From Octopus vulgaris (Eukaryota), in the NCBI GenBank assembly GCA_951406725.2, contig OX597837.1:39742001-39806000 (forward strand): 64,000 nucleotides of DNA. The letters run 5' to 3'. Positions 13,288 to 27,528 of the stretch are shown here, in pieces. Under the pieces are notes generated by a model. That model was not told the origin of the DNA, made no database searches, and saw only the letters and a program-made list of their open reading frames with translations. Both the position numbers and the translations under genes were made by a program. The stretch's first letter is position 1; every line of letters begins with the position of its first letter.

Positions 13288-13358
<71 letters not shown>

Positions 13359-13500
13359 TGGGCTTCCAGGCAGTTTCTCTCTACCAAACCCACTCAAGTC
13401 TTTGGTCGGCTTGTGGCTACAGTAAAATTCAACTACCTAAGATGACGCTGCACAGTGGGACTGAACCCGAATCCACGAGTTTGCAAAGCGACTTTCTTAA
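13080..13500 (-). mobile_element. Old SINE A fragment and SINE B 5' fragment
   Basis: GAAGGATGAAAGGC..TTTGAACTCAGAACG; CAGTGGGACTGAACCCG. Confidence 0.7.
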
Positions 13501-14525
13501 ACCTATCATCATATATTTGCTCCACCAGGGCTGTCCAAAGTCTAAATAATTACAACAACGAACAAGCCTGTTGACTGTCTCCCATATTAGATGAAAATAA
13601 ACATGGCGCCAGCTTGGTGATAGTCCCAATATCTGATAAGAAATATTTCACTATTACTCAGAAAATAATCATGCAATGATATCAAGCATTTAATTTCGTT
13701 ATTTTCATAAAATTTTACACAAGCTAAGAGCGATAGTTTCTGACGTACCATTTTCCTCACTGTCTCTTTTGTATATTATCTTTCATTTTGAAAAAAAAAA
13801 ACAAACATGTATTCAAATCCAAGATGTCTTCCTTCTCTCTTTCTCTGTACGGTCTCTGTTTCATATAGACACAAATAAACGAAGGCAGATCTTTATGAAG
13901 AAGTGCTTAGGAGGGAGATACGATGCATTGGAGTGGAAAATAAGAAATATTCCCACTATAATATTATATATTTGCGAAGGATGATTGTCGTAGGGAAGTT
14001 ACTCGGCGCTGACAAATTCGAAACTAGGAAACGCGGAGTAATTACATTTCTGAGTTTTCTTAGAGACATATAATGTACGAAGAGAAAAATGAACGAAGTT
14101 TATTACAAACAAAATGAAAAACAAAAAACAAACAAAACGAGTGTCTTATTCTTTATTTATATTCTTGCTCAAAACAAATTTTCTAAGGATATTTTGATGG
14201 AATGTATGTATGTATCTATGTATGGATGTGTGTGCGTGTGTGTCTTTGTATGTATGTATCTATGTATGTTTGTATGTATGTATGTATGTATGTATGTATG
14301 TATGTATGTATGTATGTATGTATGGATGGATGGATGGATGGATGTGTGTACGTGTGTGTCTTTGTATGTATGTATGTATGTATGTATGTATGTGTAGGGT
14401 GTGTGAGTATGCATGTCTTTATGTATGTATGCGTATGCATATATGTATGTATATATAGATCTGTCTATTCATTTCTCCTTCCTTCTCACGCTATATATTT
14501 CCCAATGTACTTGTTTATCTATCTA

Positions 14526-14634
<109 letters not shown>

Positions 14635-14663
14635 TTATGATACATATACTTATACTTGTATGC

Positions 14664-14700
<37 letters not shown>

Positions 14701-14759
14701 ATAAGCTTACTTGGAAATAGATGCGTGGCGTTCAATTATATAATAATATAAATAAAACA

Positions 14760-14804
<45 letters not shown>

Positions 14805-14811
14805 GCGTATA

Positions 14812-15160
14812 TCTATTATATAAAATCCGTTCTGTTTGTCTGTGTGTGTATCTTCTAGTATCTCGGGCATCCTCCATCCGATTGCGCTCAAATTTGATAT
14901 GTAGATACCGACGGTATCAGGGCATGTATAAGTCTTGAAAAAAATTACAAAAATAGATTCCAGGTGATAATGCGATCGATAAATCCATGGGAACGTGCAT
15001 TTTTGTTCGAGGAAGTACATCAACTGTTGCTCAAATTTAGGTTAAATCAGTGTTTCTCACATGGGAGGCCTATGGGATGGTCGGACAAGTTGTTTTGAGA
15101 AAATTTGGTTTAAATGTTTGACAACTCAGCACCTTCCATTGGACGGGGGCGTTTTGCTCG
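14812..15160 (+). mobile_element. Helitron-like 5' fragment
   Basis: A|TCTATTATATAAAA..TGTTTGTCTGTGTGTG..CCGATT start, similar to the other two Helitrons; no 3' end seen. Confidence 0.55.
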
Positions 15161-15227
15161 TACATACACTTACATACATATATACATACATACATACATA
15201 CATACGTATATACATACATACACACAA

Positions 15228-15972
<745 letters not shown>

Positions 15973-16692
15973 CACCCACGTATATCGGCAAATATACAAT
16001 TCCACTCGAATTTACATCAAATTTGCTTTGTCTCAAGTTGCTAATTCCTTCTCAATTGGGTTCCACTCTGGCGAAGCGATACGAGAAGCGTGACAGACCA
16101 TGCGTTGCTCGTTTGTTGTTTGATAGCGAACCAAAAACGGAGAGTTTTAGAAATGAGAATCATATTTGGACAGCAAAAGAGTTGGATACTTCCCAAGAGA
16201 ACAGAACGGTGCTGCCTACGTGGTCGTACCAATGTTTTGTTCCGGTGGTTCTTTGTTTGGCAAGAAGGAGCGGACAAACCTGGAACAATATGGCTTGTAC
16301 TCCATTCACGACGTTCCCGGCATCGTTTCAATATTAAACGATATTACACATTGCCAAAAAAATTGGGCAGCGCCAAATTGTTTGATATATATATCTTAGT
16401 CATATACATACATTTATACACACACACGCACGCACGCACACACACACACATTGAATTATATATGTTTGTATGTGTGTTGCTCACATATATTGTGTGCTTG
16501 TTTGTGTATGTGTGTGATTGTATGTGTGCATGTTCATATATGTTTGTTTGTGTGTGTGTGTGTGTGTGTATGTGTGTATGTATATGTTTTGCTCCAGCAT
16601 AGCAACAGTCAAATATATATATACCTCGATATTATGAATGTGTGCATATATATATATATATCCATATATATAGAGACAAATGACTTAAGGTA

Positions 16693-16825
<133 letters not shown>

Positions 16826-16828
16826 GTC

Positions 16829-17359
16829 TCTCTCATCAACTTCTTCAAGTACCACTTGAAAAGGAAAGTGAGAGTAGAGAGGCAAGTTTTGTCTAGCGAA
16901 TGTTTTAAAAAAGATGGGTGAATGTAGCAAGAATGGCACGTATGAATGACGAAGCCACCTTGAGCATAGTCCTATGAACCCAGAAATCGAAAACAGAGAG
17001 TTGCTTAAAAAAAAAAAAAAAAAAAAAGAAATATAAAATGTGACTTCATTGACCGAGGTTACCGTGGTCTTTTCCGTAGGCTTTTCTTTCCACGGGTAAA
17101 CCTCACCTGTCCTCCCCTTTACACTTCATATTGACATTTCTGTGATAACGATCCCTATTGATCAATTTTTTTTTTTTTCCTCTCCCCCTTTTTTTTTAAC
17201 CCCCTTTTTTTGTCCTCTTTCTCTCCTTTTACGATCCCTTTTGATCGAAACTCCCCCTTCCTTTTTTTTTTTTTTTTTTTTTTTTAAACCTTCAAAAGAA
17301 AAGCTCTACCTTGTAATTTGTTCTATCTGTGTGCAGCCCTGTGTGGCTAATAAAGAAAC
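16829..17359 (+). mobile_element. 5'-truncated L1/Tx1-like LINE (ORF2 end plus 3' UTR) within (TATC)n
   Basis: Near-identical to 36454-36977; (TATC)n on both sides. Confidence 0.92.
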
Positions 17360-17360
17360 A

Positions 17361-17405
<45 letters not shown>

Positions 17406-17406
17406 G

Positions 17407-17461
<55 letters not shown>

Positions 17462-17522
17462 GTCTATCTATTTATCTATCTGTCTCTATCTATCTATCTA
17501 TCTATCTATTTATCTATCTGTC

Positions 17523-17637
<115 letters not shown>

Positions 17638-18314
17638 GTCTGTCTGTCTATGTAGGTATGTATATATACATATATATGTGTGTGCGTGTGTGTCCATAAA
17701 TGCCTACATATACCTTGTATCAATTATTTTCATGTTTTGCTTGTTGCAGTCATTAGACAGCGGCCATACTGTTAACCTAATGGAAAAAAATTATATCGAT
17801 AAAATTACAAAATAATAAACGGGTTAATTAATTAATATTAGGGTCAAGTAGACTTTAAATACGCCCTAATTGGTTCTTATTTAATATGTCTTTTTCTCTC
17901 TCTTGTCAATCCTTTTCTCTTCCCATGTCTGTCTGTTTCTCTGTCTCCCCCTCTCTGTCTCTCTTACTCTCTGTATGTTTGACTGTCTGTCTCTGTCTGT
18001 CTCTGTCTGTCTGTCTGTCTCTGTCTGTCTGTCTGTCTGTCTATGTCAAAGACACATGTGAATGATAATGTTTCTTTTTCAGAGAAAAAACAACCAAGGA
18101 AAAGATTAACGTATTCCAAAACTAAAAAAGAAAGAAAATAAATAAAAATTAAAATAATTAATAGACATAAAAATAATAAATAATAAAATTAAAATGAAAG
18201 TCATCTAAAAATTTTAATTTGCTCTTTTAAGAATGAAAAAAAAAAAGATATTTCTTAGAACAATAGAAAAAATTAAAAAAATTTGAAACTGAGTTCCTCT
18301 TGATATTATAAGGA

Positions 18315-18625
18315 TAATGGTTATCGTTGTCATCGCCGTAATCGTCGTTGTTGCTGTGGTTATTGACGCTGTGGTCGTTGTCTTTGTTGTCCTTGACGCC
18401 GTCGTTGTTGCTATGGTCGTTGTTCCCGTGGTCGTTGTTGCCGTGTTTGATGTTGCTATAGTCGTTGTCGCTGTGGTCGTTGACTTTGTTGTCCTTGACG
18501 CCGTCGTTGTTGCTATGGTCGTTGTTGCGGTGTTTGATGTTGCTATGGTCGTTGTCGCTGTGGTCGTTGTCGCTGTGGTCGTTGTTGCCGTGGTCGTTGA
18601 TGCTGTAGTTGTTATCGCCGTCGTC
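18315..18625. repeat. Degenerate GTC/GTT minisatellite
   Basis: Recurring GTGGTCGTTGTT(G/C)C units. Confidence 0.8.
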
Positions 18626-18675
18626 TTTGTACGCACATTCACAGTCATACATATACATACAGTCTCTCTCTCACA

Positions 18676-18764
<89 letters not shown>

Positions 18765-18774
18765 CCATTTGCAT

Positions 18775-19275
18775 ATGAGGGGCTTCTACATAGTCTCTGA
18801 CCCCCAAATCCACTCACAAGGCATTTCTCGATCCGGGAATATAGTAGAAAACATTCCCCCTTTGTGTTGCCGCGCAGTGGAACCGATCTTGAAACCACGT
18901 GGTTGGAAAACGAATTTATTAACGGCACAGCCATGACTTCGCCTAAATCAATAAATAAATATTCTACAAATGTGTAATAAGTAACTTGCTTCTCAACCAA
19001 ATGCTCTTCGATTCAGTTCCTTCTTTCAGTTTCCGGTTACTAAATCCATTCACTAGACTTTGGTCAACCTGAGGCTACAGCGGAAGGTATTTGTCCATGG
19101 TGCCACGCAGTGGGACTGAACACACAACCTTACCTCTCTGTATGTGTGTGTATGTGTGTGCGTGCGTATGTCTGTGCTTGTCTTCCGCTACCGTTTGACA
19201 GTCGCTGTTGGTTTGTTTACGTCCATGTAAACTTAGCTGTTCGGCAAACAAGACCCACTGAATTAGTTCCAGATT
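18775..19275. mobile_element. Old SINE B fragments in both orientations
   Basis: AAATCCACTCACAAGGC; GTGCCACGCAGTGGGACTGAAC; TGTTTACGTCC. Confidence 0.7.
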
Positions 19276-19352
19276 TATAATTTTCTTTTTAATAAATCTT
19301 TGAGCGAGTTATAAACAGTAGCTGCAACACATCGTGATGTATATTTGCCATA

Positions 19353-20629
19353 TAAATATGGCTAACCCCTAAGGGTGGATGCTACTGTAGTTTGTAGACC
19401 CAGGTGGACACCTCCTCCAGCTGGCTATAGACACACTTTCTGTGCCCTATCAGTATTTGCAAAGGGAAGCCATCCTTCCCGTCTCCAACTTATGATACAC
19501 ACGGATTCGAATTTCTTTTTAGTCTTCGACTAAAACCCTTCAAAGCACTGCTGCAGCATGGCCCACAGTCCAGTGACTGAAACAAGCAAGAGATAAAAGG
19601 CATTCAATAAATATGGCTAACCCCTAAGGGTGGATGCTACTGTAGTTTGTAGCCCCAGGTGGACACCTTCTCCAGCTGGCTATAGACACACTTTCTGTGC
19701 CCTATCAGTATTTGCAAAGGGAAGCCATCCTTCCCGTCTCCAACTTATGATACACACGGACTCGAATTTCTTTTTAGTCTTCGACTAAAACCCTTCAAAG
19801 CACTGCTGCAGCATGGCCGTAGTCCAGTGACTGAAACAAGCAAGAGATGAAAGGAATTCAATAAATATGGCTAACCCCTAAGGGTGGATGCTACTGTAGT
19901 TTGTAGCCCCAGGTGGACACCTCCTCCAGCTGGTTATAGACACACTTTCTGTGCCCTATCAGTATTTGCAAAGGGAAGCCATCCTTCCCGTCTCCAACTT
20001 ATGATACACACGGACTCGAATTTCTTTTTAGTCTTCGACTAAAACCCTTCAAAGCACTGCTGCAGCATGGCCGCAGTCCAGTGACTGAAACAAGCAAGAG
20101 ATGAAAGGAATTCAATAAATATGGCTAACCCCTAAGGGTGGATGCTACTGTAGTTTGTAGCCCCAGGTGGACACCTCCTCCAGCTGGTTATAGACACACT
20201 TTCTGTGCCCTATCAGTATTTGCAAAGGGAAGCCATCCTTCCCGTCTCCAACTTATGATACACACGGACTCGAATTTCTTTTTAGTCTTCGACTAAAACC
20301 CTTCAAAGCACTGCTGCAGCATGGCCGCAGTCCAGTGACTGAAACAAGCAAGAGATGAAAGGAATTCAATAAATATGGCTAACCCCTAAGGGTGGATGCT
20401 ACTGTAGTTTGTAGCCCCAGGTGGACACCTCCTCCAGCTGGTTATAGACACACTTTCTGTGCCCTATCAGTATTTGCAAAGGGAAGCCATCCTTCCGTCT
20501 CCAACTTATGATACACACGGACTCGAATTTCTTTTTAGTCTTCGACTAAAACCCTTCAAAGCACTGCCTCAGCATGGCCGCAGTCCAGTGACTGAAACAA
20601 GCAAGAGATAAAAGGCATTCAATAAATAT
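19353..20629. repeat. Five near-identical 254-bp tandem units (unclassified insert plus SINE B tail)
   Basis: Starts at 19353, 19608, 19862, 20116, 20370; ATAAATAT microhomology at the boundaries. Confidence 0.95.
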
Positions 20630-20999
20630 TTGTATTATTTTTTTTAGCCATATTAATGAAAACACACACAAAAAAAAGTGATTAATACATCAATTCTGAA
20701 GTATAAACATTTTCAAATTTCTCCATAGAAGTTTTTATGAATTTAGACAAGCTCATACGGATCGCTAATTAACTATAACACGGCATAGATTTTGTTTAAA
20801 TTTGCTTTATTGGTAGATTTTTCTGATTTTTGCTTCATTTAGTTTTGGTAAATTTTGAATGAAACCAAATAATGGTAGCAATAAAAAGAAAACAAAGTTA
20901 CTCGTTTTAACGTTCTTTGATCTTTCATGTTTATTGCATTTATTGGTGGAAGTCGCTTTGGTTTGTTTACGTCCATGTAAACAAAAGGATTAGGAATTT

Positions 21000-21065
<66 letters not shown>

Positions 21066-21316
21066 ATAATGAGATTAACGACAAAATAATAAAAGCGAAA
21101 ACTTGAAAATTAAACAGATAGTAAACACAAAAATTCTCAGAAATATCGATGCAGGCGTGGGTGTGACTGGTTCTGTAGTTTGTAGACCCAGGTGGACAAT
21201 CTCACTGTACATATATTTTGGGTAATTGAAGAAGTATCGTGCCCTTTTTTATAGGCTGAAACTAATTAATATCTTTCTTTCCTGTGGAATGATATAAACG
21301 GAAACTAGGCAGGAAC

Positions 21317-21350
<34 letters not shown>

Positions 21351-21814
21351 ATTTCAAAGCACTGATATTTATCAATTAGCAGTGGCCGCAGTCCAGTGAC
21401 TGAAACAAGCAAGAGATAAAAGGCATTCAATAAATATTTGTATTATTTTTTTAGCCATATTAATGAAAACACACACAAAAAAAAGTGATTAATACATCAA
21501 TTCTAGAAGTATAGACATTTTCAAATTTCTCCATAGAAGTTTTTATGAATTTAGATCAAACTCATACGGATCGCTAATTAACTATAACACGGCATAGATT
21601 TTGTTTAAATTTGCTTTATTGGTAGATTTTTCTGATTTTTGCTTCATTTAGTTTTGGTAAATTTTGAATGAAACCAAATAATGGTAGCAATAAAAAGAAA
21701 ACAAAGTTACTCGTTTTAACGTTCTTTGATCTTTCATGTTTATTGCATTTATTGGTGGAATATTTGAAGAAATTGTGCCAAATTATGTAAACAAAAGGAT
21801 TAGGAATTTTGATG

Positions 21815-21855
<41 letters not shown>

Positions 21856-22105
21856 ATAATGAGATTAACGACAAAATAATAAAAGCGAAAACTTGAAAAT
21901 TAAACAGATAGTAAACACAAGAATTCTCAAAAATTTTGATGCAGGCGTGGGTGTGACTGGTTCAGGAGTTCTGCGTTCGATCTCACGTACATATATTTTG
22001 GGTAATTGAAGAAGTATCGCCCTCTTTTATAGGCTGAAACTAATTAATATCTTTCTTTCCCGTGGAATGATATAAACGGAAACTGGGCAGGGACATATAT
22101 ATATA
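20574..22105. repeat. ~0.8-kb direct duplication (20574-21342 vs 21383-22105)
   Basis: Collinear near-identity; the first copy has mosaic patches. Confidence 0.9.
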
Positions 22106-22157
22106 TGTATATATATATATCTGTAAATGTGATATGTGACAATTATTCGTTAGCCAT

Positions 22158-22217
22158 GATAAAACTCGAGTTTCGGATGTCGGTGTGGAAATCCACGCCG
22201 ACATCTCTTCAGTTATC
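22158..22217 (-). ncRNA. Type-I hammerhead ribozyme
   Basis: GATAA-CTGAAGA-GATGTCGGCGTGG ATTT CCACACCGACATC-C-GAAA-CTCGAG-TT-TTATC. Confidence 0.85.
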
Positions 22218-22226
22218 CGGCCATCG

Positions 22227-22287
22227 GATAACTGAAGAGATGGCGGCGTGGATTTTCACTCCGACATCCGAAACTCGGAGTTATATC
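22227..22287 (+). ncRNA. Type-I hammerhead ribozyme (inverted partner)
   Basis: GATAA-CTGAAGA-GATG..CATC-C-GAAA-CTCGGAG-TT-ATATC. Confidence 0.75.
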
Positions 22288-22391
22288 ATGGCTACCGAAT
22301 TATTGTCACATATCACATTTACAGATAAATTCCTCTATTTACATAATATCGAGGTCTCTTTCATTCCTTTGTTGTCTTACCATTTTTAGCA

Positions 22392-22444
<53 letters not shown>

Positions 22445-22457
22445 AATATATATATAT

Positions 22458-22619
22458 AGGCCTAGGAGTGGCTGTGTGGTAAGTAACTTGCTTCCCAACC
22501 ACATGGTTCCGGGTTCAGTCTTATGGCGTGGCACCTTGGGCAGTGTCTTTTACTTAGCCTCGGACCGACCAAAGCCTTGTGAGTGGATTTGATAGATGGA
22601 AACTGAAAGAAGCCCGTCG

Positions 22620-22688
<69 letters not shown>

Positions 22689-22925
22689 TTATATGCATAT
22701 GTTTGTATCTGTGTCAGTGTTTGTCCTCCACCATCGCCTGACAATCGATGTTAGTGTGTTTACGTCCCCATAACATAGCGGTTCGGCGAAAGAGACCGAT
22801 AGAATAAGTACTAGAATAAGTATTAGGCTTACAAAGAATAAGTCCTCGGCCCTATTTGATCGACTAAAGGCTGTGCTCCAGCATAGCCACAGTCAAATGA
22901 CTGAAACGAATAAACGAATAAAAGG
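22458..22925 (+). mobile_element. SINE family B
   Basis: Full-length match to the family. Confidence 0.9.
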
Positions 22926-22942
22926 GTCAAAGAATACATACA

Positions 22943-22974
<32 letters not shown>

Positions 22975-23236
22975 CATATATATATTTATATACATACATA
23001 CATACATATATACATACATACATATACATACATACATACATACATACATACATACATACATACATACATACATACATACATACATACATACATACATACA
23101 TACATACATACATACATACATACATACGTACATACATACATACATACATACATACATACATACATACATACATACATACACACATACATACATACATACA
23201 TACATACATACATACATACATACATACATACATACA

Positions 23237-23298
<62 letters not shown>

Positions 23299-23388
23299 CA
23301 TACATACATACATACATACATACATACATACATACATACATACATACATACATACATACATACATACATACGTATATACATACATACA

Positions 23389-23422
<34 letters not shown>

Positions 23423-23468
23423 CATATAAATATATATATTTATACACATACATACATACATACATACA

Positions 23469-23502
<34 letters not shown>

Positions 23503-23648
23503 CATATACATATATATATAACAAAACAGGCAAGTGGAAATTTTTGGTGTTATTTATTCTCCATTACACGTGTTTCATTTGCTAATAGAAATTACAAATA
23601 TTTACATGTTAGATAGACATGTAACGAATTCACTATTAGAAATATAAT

Positions 23649-23998
23649 ACAAGAGTATTCAGAGAGCGCAAACTTCCGCCAAGGCAACACCAACGTCCCC
23701 TCAATGATATATAAATTAAGAATATCTGAAATAAACTCGATTGGTCTCACAAACGAGAATACTAAAGATGAACCCGACCGCTCTCAAAAATTAAGTGTAA
23801 AAACAGGAAAAATAATACAGAACAGTACCGGATCAATTCTAAAATCTAGTAATTTCGCGCCAATCAAGAGGCTAAACAACCCTGAAGGTTTCATCCGAAT
23901 CCATTCAGCAGTTCTTGAGATATTTTGTCCACGGACAAACAAACAAACAAACAAACACAACTGAAAACAATACTCCGCCTTCGCTAAGACGGAGGTAA
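23649..23998 (+). mobile_element. Helentron-associated (HINE/DINE-1-like) element
   Basis: ACAAGAG..CAGAGAGCGCA..TCCGCC start, (CAAA)n, 3' hairpin CTCCGCCTT..AAGACGGAG. Confidence 0.65.
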
Positions 23999-24036
23999 TA
24001 ATATGATATGATATAATATAATATAATATAATATAA

Positions 24037-24409
24037 TCTCTCTCTATATAAACGGCAGTTTGTCTGTGCGTGTTTCTGTGTGTCTGTTTGCTTGTACCCT
24101 CACCCTGACCACGGCTTTCAACCGATTCTGATGAAACTTGACACACACATAGCCCAATGTCATAATTCAAAACTAACGCAGCGAAAATTTTGAAAAGTTC
24201 CCCCAGTTCTGAAAGAAATCGATAAATTCGACATGGGGTCGAGAATCAGAAACACGAACCACAGACTGTCTAGGGGACGCAACTCCACCTTTTTTAACTA
24301 AAAAATAAAATTTACCATCATTTTTTTCTATTTTTTGGCTATAACTCTCTAAAAATGCTTTATAGTTATTTCCCTTACAAACCTGAGCAACGTCGGGCGA
24401 TACTGCTAG
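24037..24409 (+). mobile_element. Non-autonomous Helitron
   Basis: A|TC start, hairpin, GATACTGCTAG|T end. Confidence 0.88.
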
Positions 24410-24428
24410 TATAATATAATATAATATA

Positions 24429-24483
<55 letters not shown>

Positions 24484-24647
24484 GTATTATATATATATTA
24501 GAGGGAAACCACTATGTGGACACCCATATGCTAGAAATAGATCCGCTACGGTCTCAACACTAAGAACTGTTCTCAAGAAAGATTTAGCAAAACAACCAAA
24601 ACGTAATCGAGCAAGACAAAAGAAAAAGCAATAAAACTATGGATTAT

Positions 24648-24715
24648 TCGCAGACATGTTTTACTATCAACAAATTACGTAATCTTACATAATTGTAAGT
24701 AGATCATCGGTACGA
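24648..24715 (-). ncRNA. Degenerate type-I hammerhead
   Basis: TCGTA-CCGATGA-long hairpin-AAAA-CATG-TC-TGCGA; G12 mutated. Confidence 0.6.
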
Positions 24716-25568
24716 CCGTCCATGGTGAATATAATTTGTAGGCCTGCATACTAGGATGTCCGCACAAAGTCAGACGTGTAAAACAGTCCTACCCATTACA
24801 CTCGTGGCTACTATTTCAAATGTCCTCGTTTTGATATATGCAATATATTATTTTAAAATAAGAATGTTGTTGACAGTGACTTCTTAGATCGGCAAGCGAA
24901 GCCATCGTCGAACTGCAGTCAGAAACTTCGAAGTCACTGTGAACGGCATTCTTATTTAAGAGTAATAATTTTGTACTTTACACAAGTATAGAATAACCCA
25001 CCCCCAGGTTAATGTAAAATTGTTTTTATTATTACGGAACGCAAAAACAAACATTAATATCCACATATATATACATTGAAGGCGGTACACGTTAACACAT
25101 GGACGATTCGATGAGAATGTGTATTCTTATTCGTATACCCGGCAACCCTGGTTGCCTACCGTGAAATATAAAAAAAAATAAAAAAAATTCAGATTATCTT
25201 ACTTCGATGCAGAAAAAAAAGTCCACAACCTTCGACCTCAATAAACAACTATTGTTTCTGAAACCTGTTTCTAATATCTACAGCGGATTGCTTGAAGCTA
25301 ACTTTTTTCCTAGACTTCGATCCTTGGATGCTATATATATATATATATACATGTAATATTTGTAAACAAACGTGTAAGTTACGGAGAGACAGCTAGTATG
25401 GAAGGCTCATGGTATAATAATATAATTTGGCTGAAATTGATGGATGAGCGTTCGGCCCAACCGGATGCACAAGGAGTCGTGTTAGCGTTGATTTGTGGTT
25501 TCGATTCTGGCTGGGATCATCATTTTTCAGTCATTTGTTTGTATTTATAAATTGTCGTTTCAAATCAG

Positions 25569-25627
<59 letters not shown>

Positions 25628-25845
25628 CTGGTACTTATTCAATCGGATTCTTTTGCGGTTCGACAAAAGAAGCTGATATGCATTTCCTGCATACATGACA
25701 GGCATTCTCCCAGTGTATCCCGTGTTGCCTACAACCTTCTACCAGTGTATCATGCGTGGCCTTCAATTTTTTCTAACAAAATTTGTTAAAGGGTTTTTCA
25801 AGCCAATATTTACATGCTAGTATTTATAGCTTTATATATATTATA

Positions 25846-26014
25846 GGCGGAGTGACTGCGTGGTAAATAGCTTGCTTATCAACTACACGGTTCCGTGTTC
25901 AGTCCCACTGTGTGGGACCTTGGGCAAGTGTCTTCTATTATAGCCTCAGGCCGACCAAAGTCTTGTGCGTGGATTTGGTAGACGGAAACTGAAAAGAAGC
26001 CTGTCGTATATATA

Positions 26015-26060
<46 letters not shown>

Positions 26061-26292
26061 TGTATGTATGTGTGTGTATATGTTTGTGTGTCTGTGTTTG
26101 TCCCCCAACATCGCTTGACAATCGGTGCTGGTGTGTTTACGTCTCCCGTATCTTAGCGTTTCGGCAAACAGAGACCGATAGAATAAGTACTAGGCTTCCA
26201 AAAAATAAGTCCCGGGGTCGATTTGCTCGACTAAAGGCGGTGCTCCAGCATGGCCACAGTCACATGACTGAAACAAGTAAAAGAGTAAAAGA
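25846..26292 (+). mobile_element. SINE family B
   Basis: Full-length match to the family. Confidence 0.9.
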
Positions 26293-26303
26293 GAGAGAGA
26301 GTA

Positions 26304-26346
26304 ACCTTAACTGATTTTCGAACCTTATTGACTTCTCATCAGAGGC
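26304..26346 (-). ncRNA. Minimal type-I hammerhead candidate
   Basis: GCCT-CTGATGA-GAA..TTC-GAAA-ATCAGT-TA-AGGT. Confidence 0.55.
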
Positions 26347-27496
26347 GTCTACATCATTCTGACAGTCTTCAGTAAAACAAGCAACTAAACTGTATATATA
26401 CTCAACAAATGCAGCAGTTACTCTATGAAGGGGTCCCTAATTTGCATGGCGGAATAGCTTAACACTCTATATATACCAGTGGCCTGTTATATAAGTATTT
26501 ATTTTTCTTCGATCTTACTGGTGGATAGCAACATGGCTATTATTAGCAAAATTCTATATTTTTAGCTTCAATATCCATGTAATATCTATTTACTCAGTTA
26601 CATCATACACGAAGCATAAATAGATAATAAATACGGAAGATTTTAAAAAAAGATAATAATTAATTAATATTTTTAATTTTATAATTATGATAATGGAGAT
26701 GGCTGCCATAACGTTCACCATCAAAGACAATACGTCGTAGAATTATAGAAAAAAAAATGAATTCTTTTTACTACTGAATATCGCTTATTAATCTAGTTTA
26801 ATCATTTTAATTACCTTTTTGGATAGAGTTCCATTTGGAATTGTCTGAGTTTCTTTTGCTCTATGAGTCATACACTGCATTGAATATTGGTTCCAGATTT
26901 TGGCACAAGGCCCAAAATTTTTTTTGGGGGGTGGTGGTGGTGGTTAAGTCGATTACAATGTCTCTAGTGTTCGAGCCACGGGTCTTCACAAATGATGTGC
27001 GTCTCTATTAACTACACAGTTCCCTGGCATGCATTTAAACTTCCCAGCATTTTACATTCCTCCGTTAAACTCTATCAAGTTATCTTCGGAACTTTCATAA
27101 GACACACGCACCCGCACATACGCACTCACACACACTCGCAGACACATATATATATATACACACCTACATACACATACACACATACATAAACACACAAACA
27201 CACATAGACGCACATACATACACATACATACACACACACGCATACACACATGCATACCCACATACATACGCACACATACATACAAACATGCACACACATA
27301 CATATACACATGCACATATGCACACATTTATATACACACGCACGCACACACTAACAAACACTAACAAACACATACATACACACATATATATCTATACATA
27401 CGCATACACACACATACATACATATACATAGACACATGCTCATACACAGAGACGTACATACACAGACAATCACGCACATACCTAACAAACACATAC

Positions 27497-27528
<32 letters not shown>

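Larger units (their letters stand above)
22118..22390. mobile_element. Palindromic pLTR-like element with two divergent hammerheads
   Basis: ~100-bp inverted arms around 22221-22224; same family as 9026. Confidence 0.85.

Noticed and set aside
16020-16380. Unique segment open in several frames
   Set aside because: No recognisable motif or clear splice boundaries
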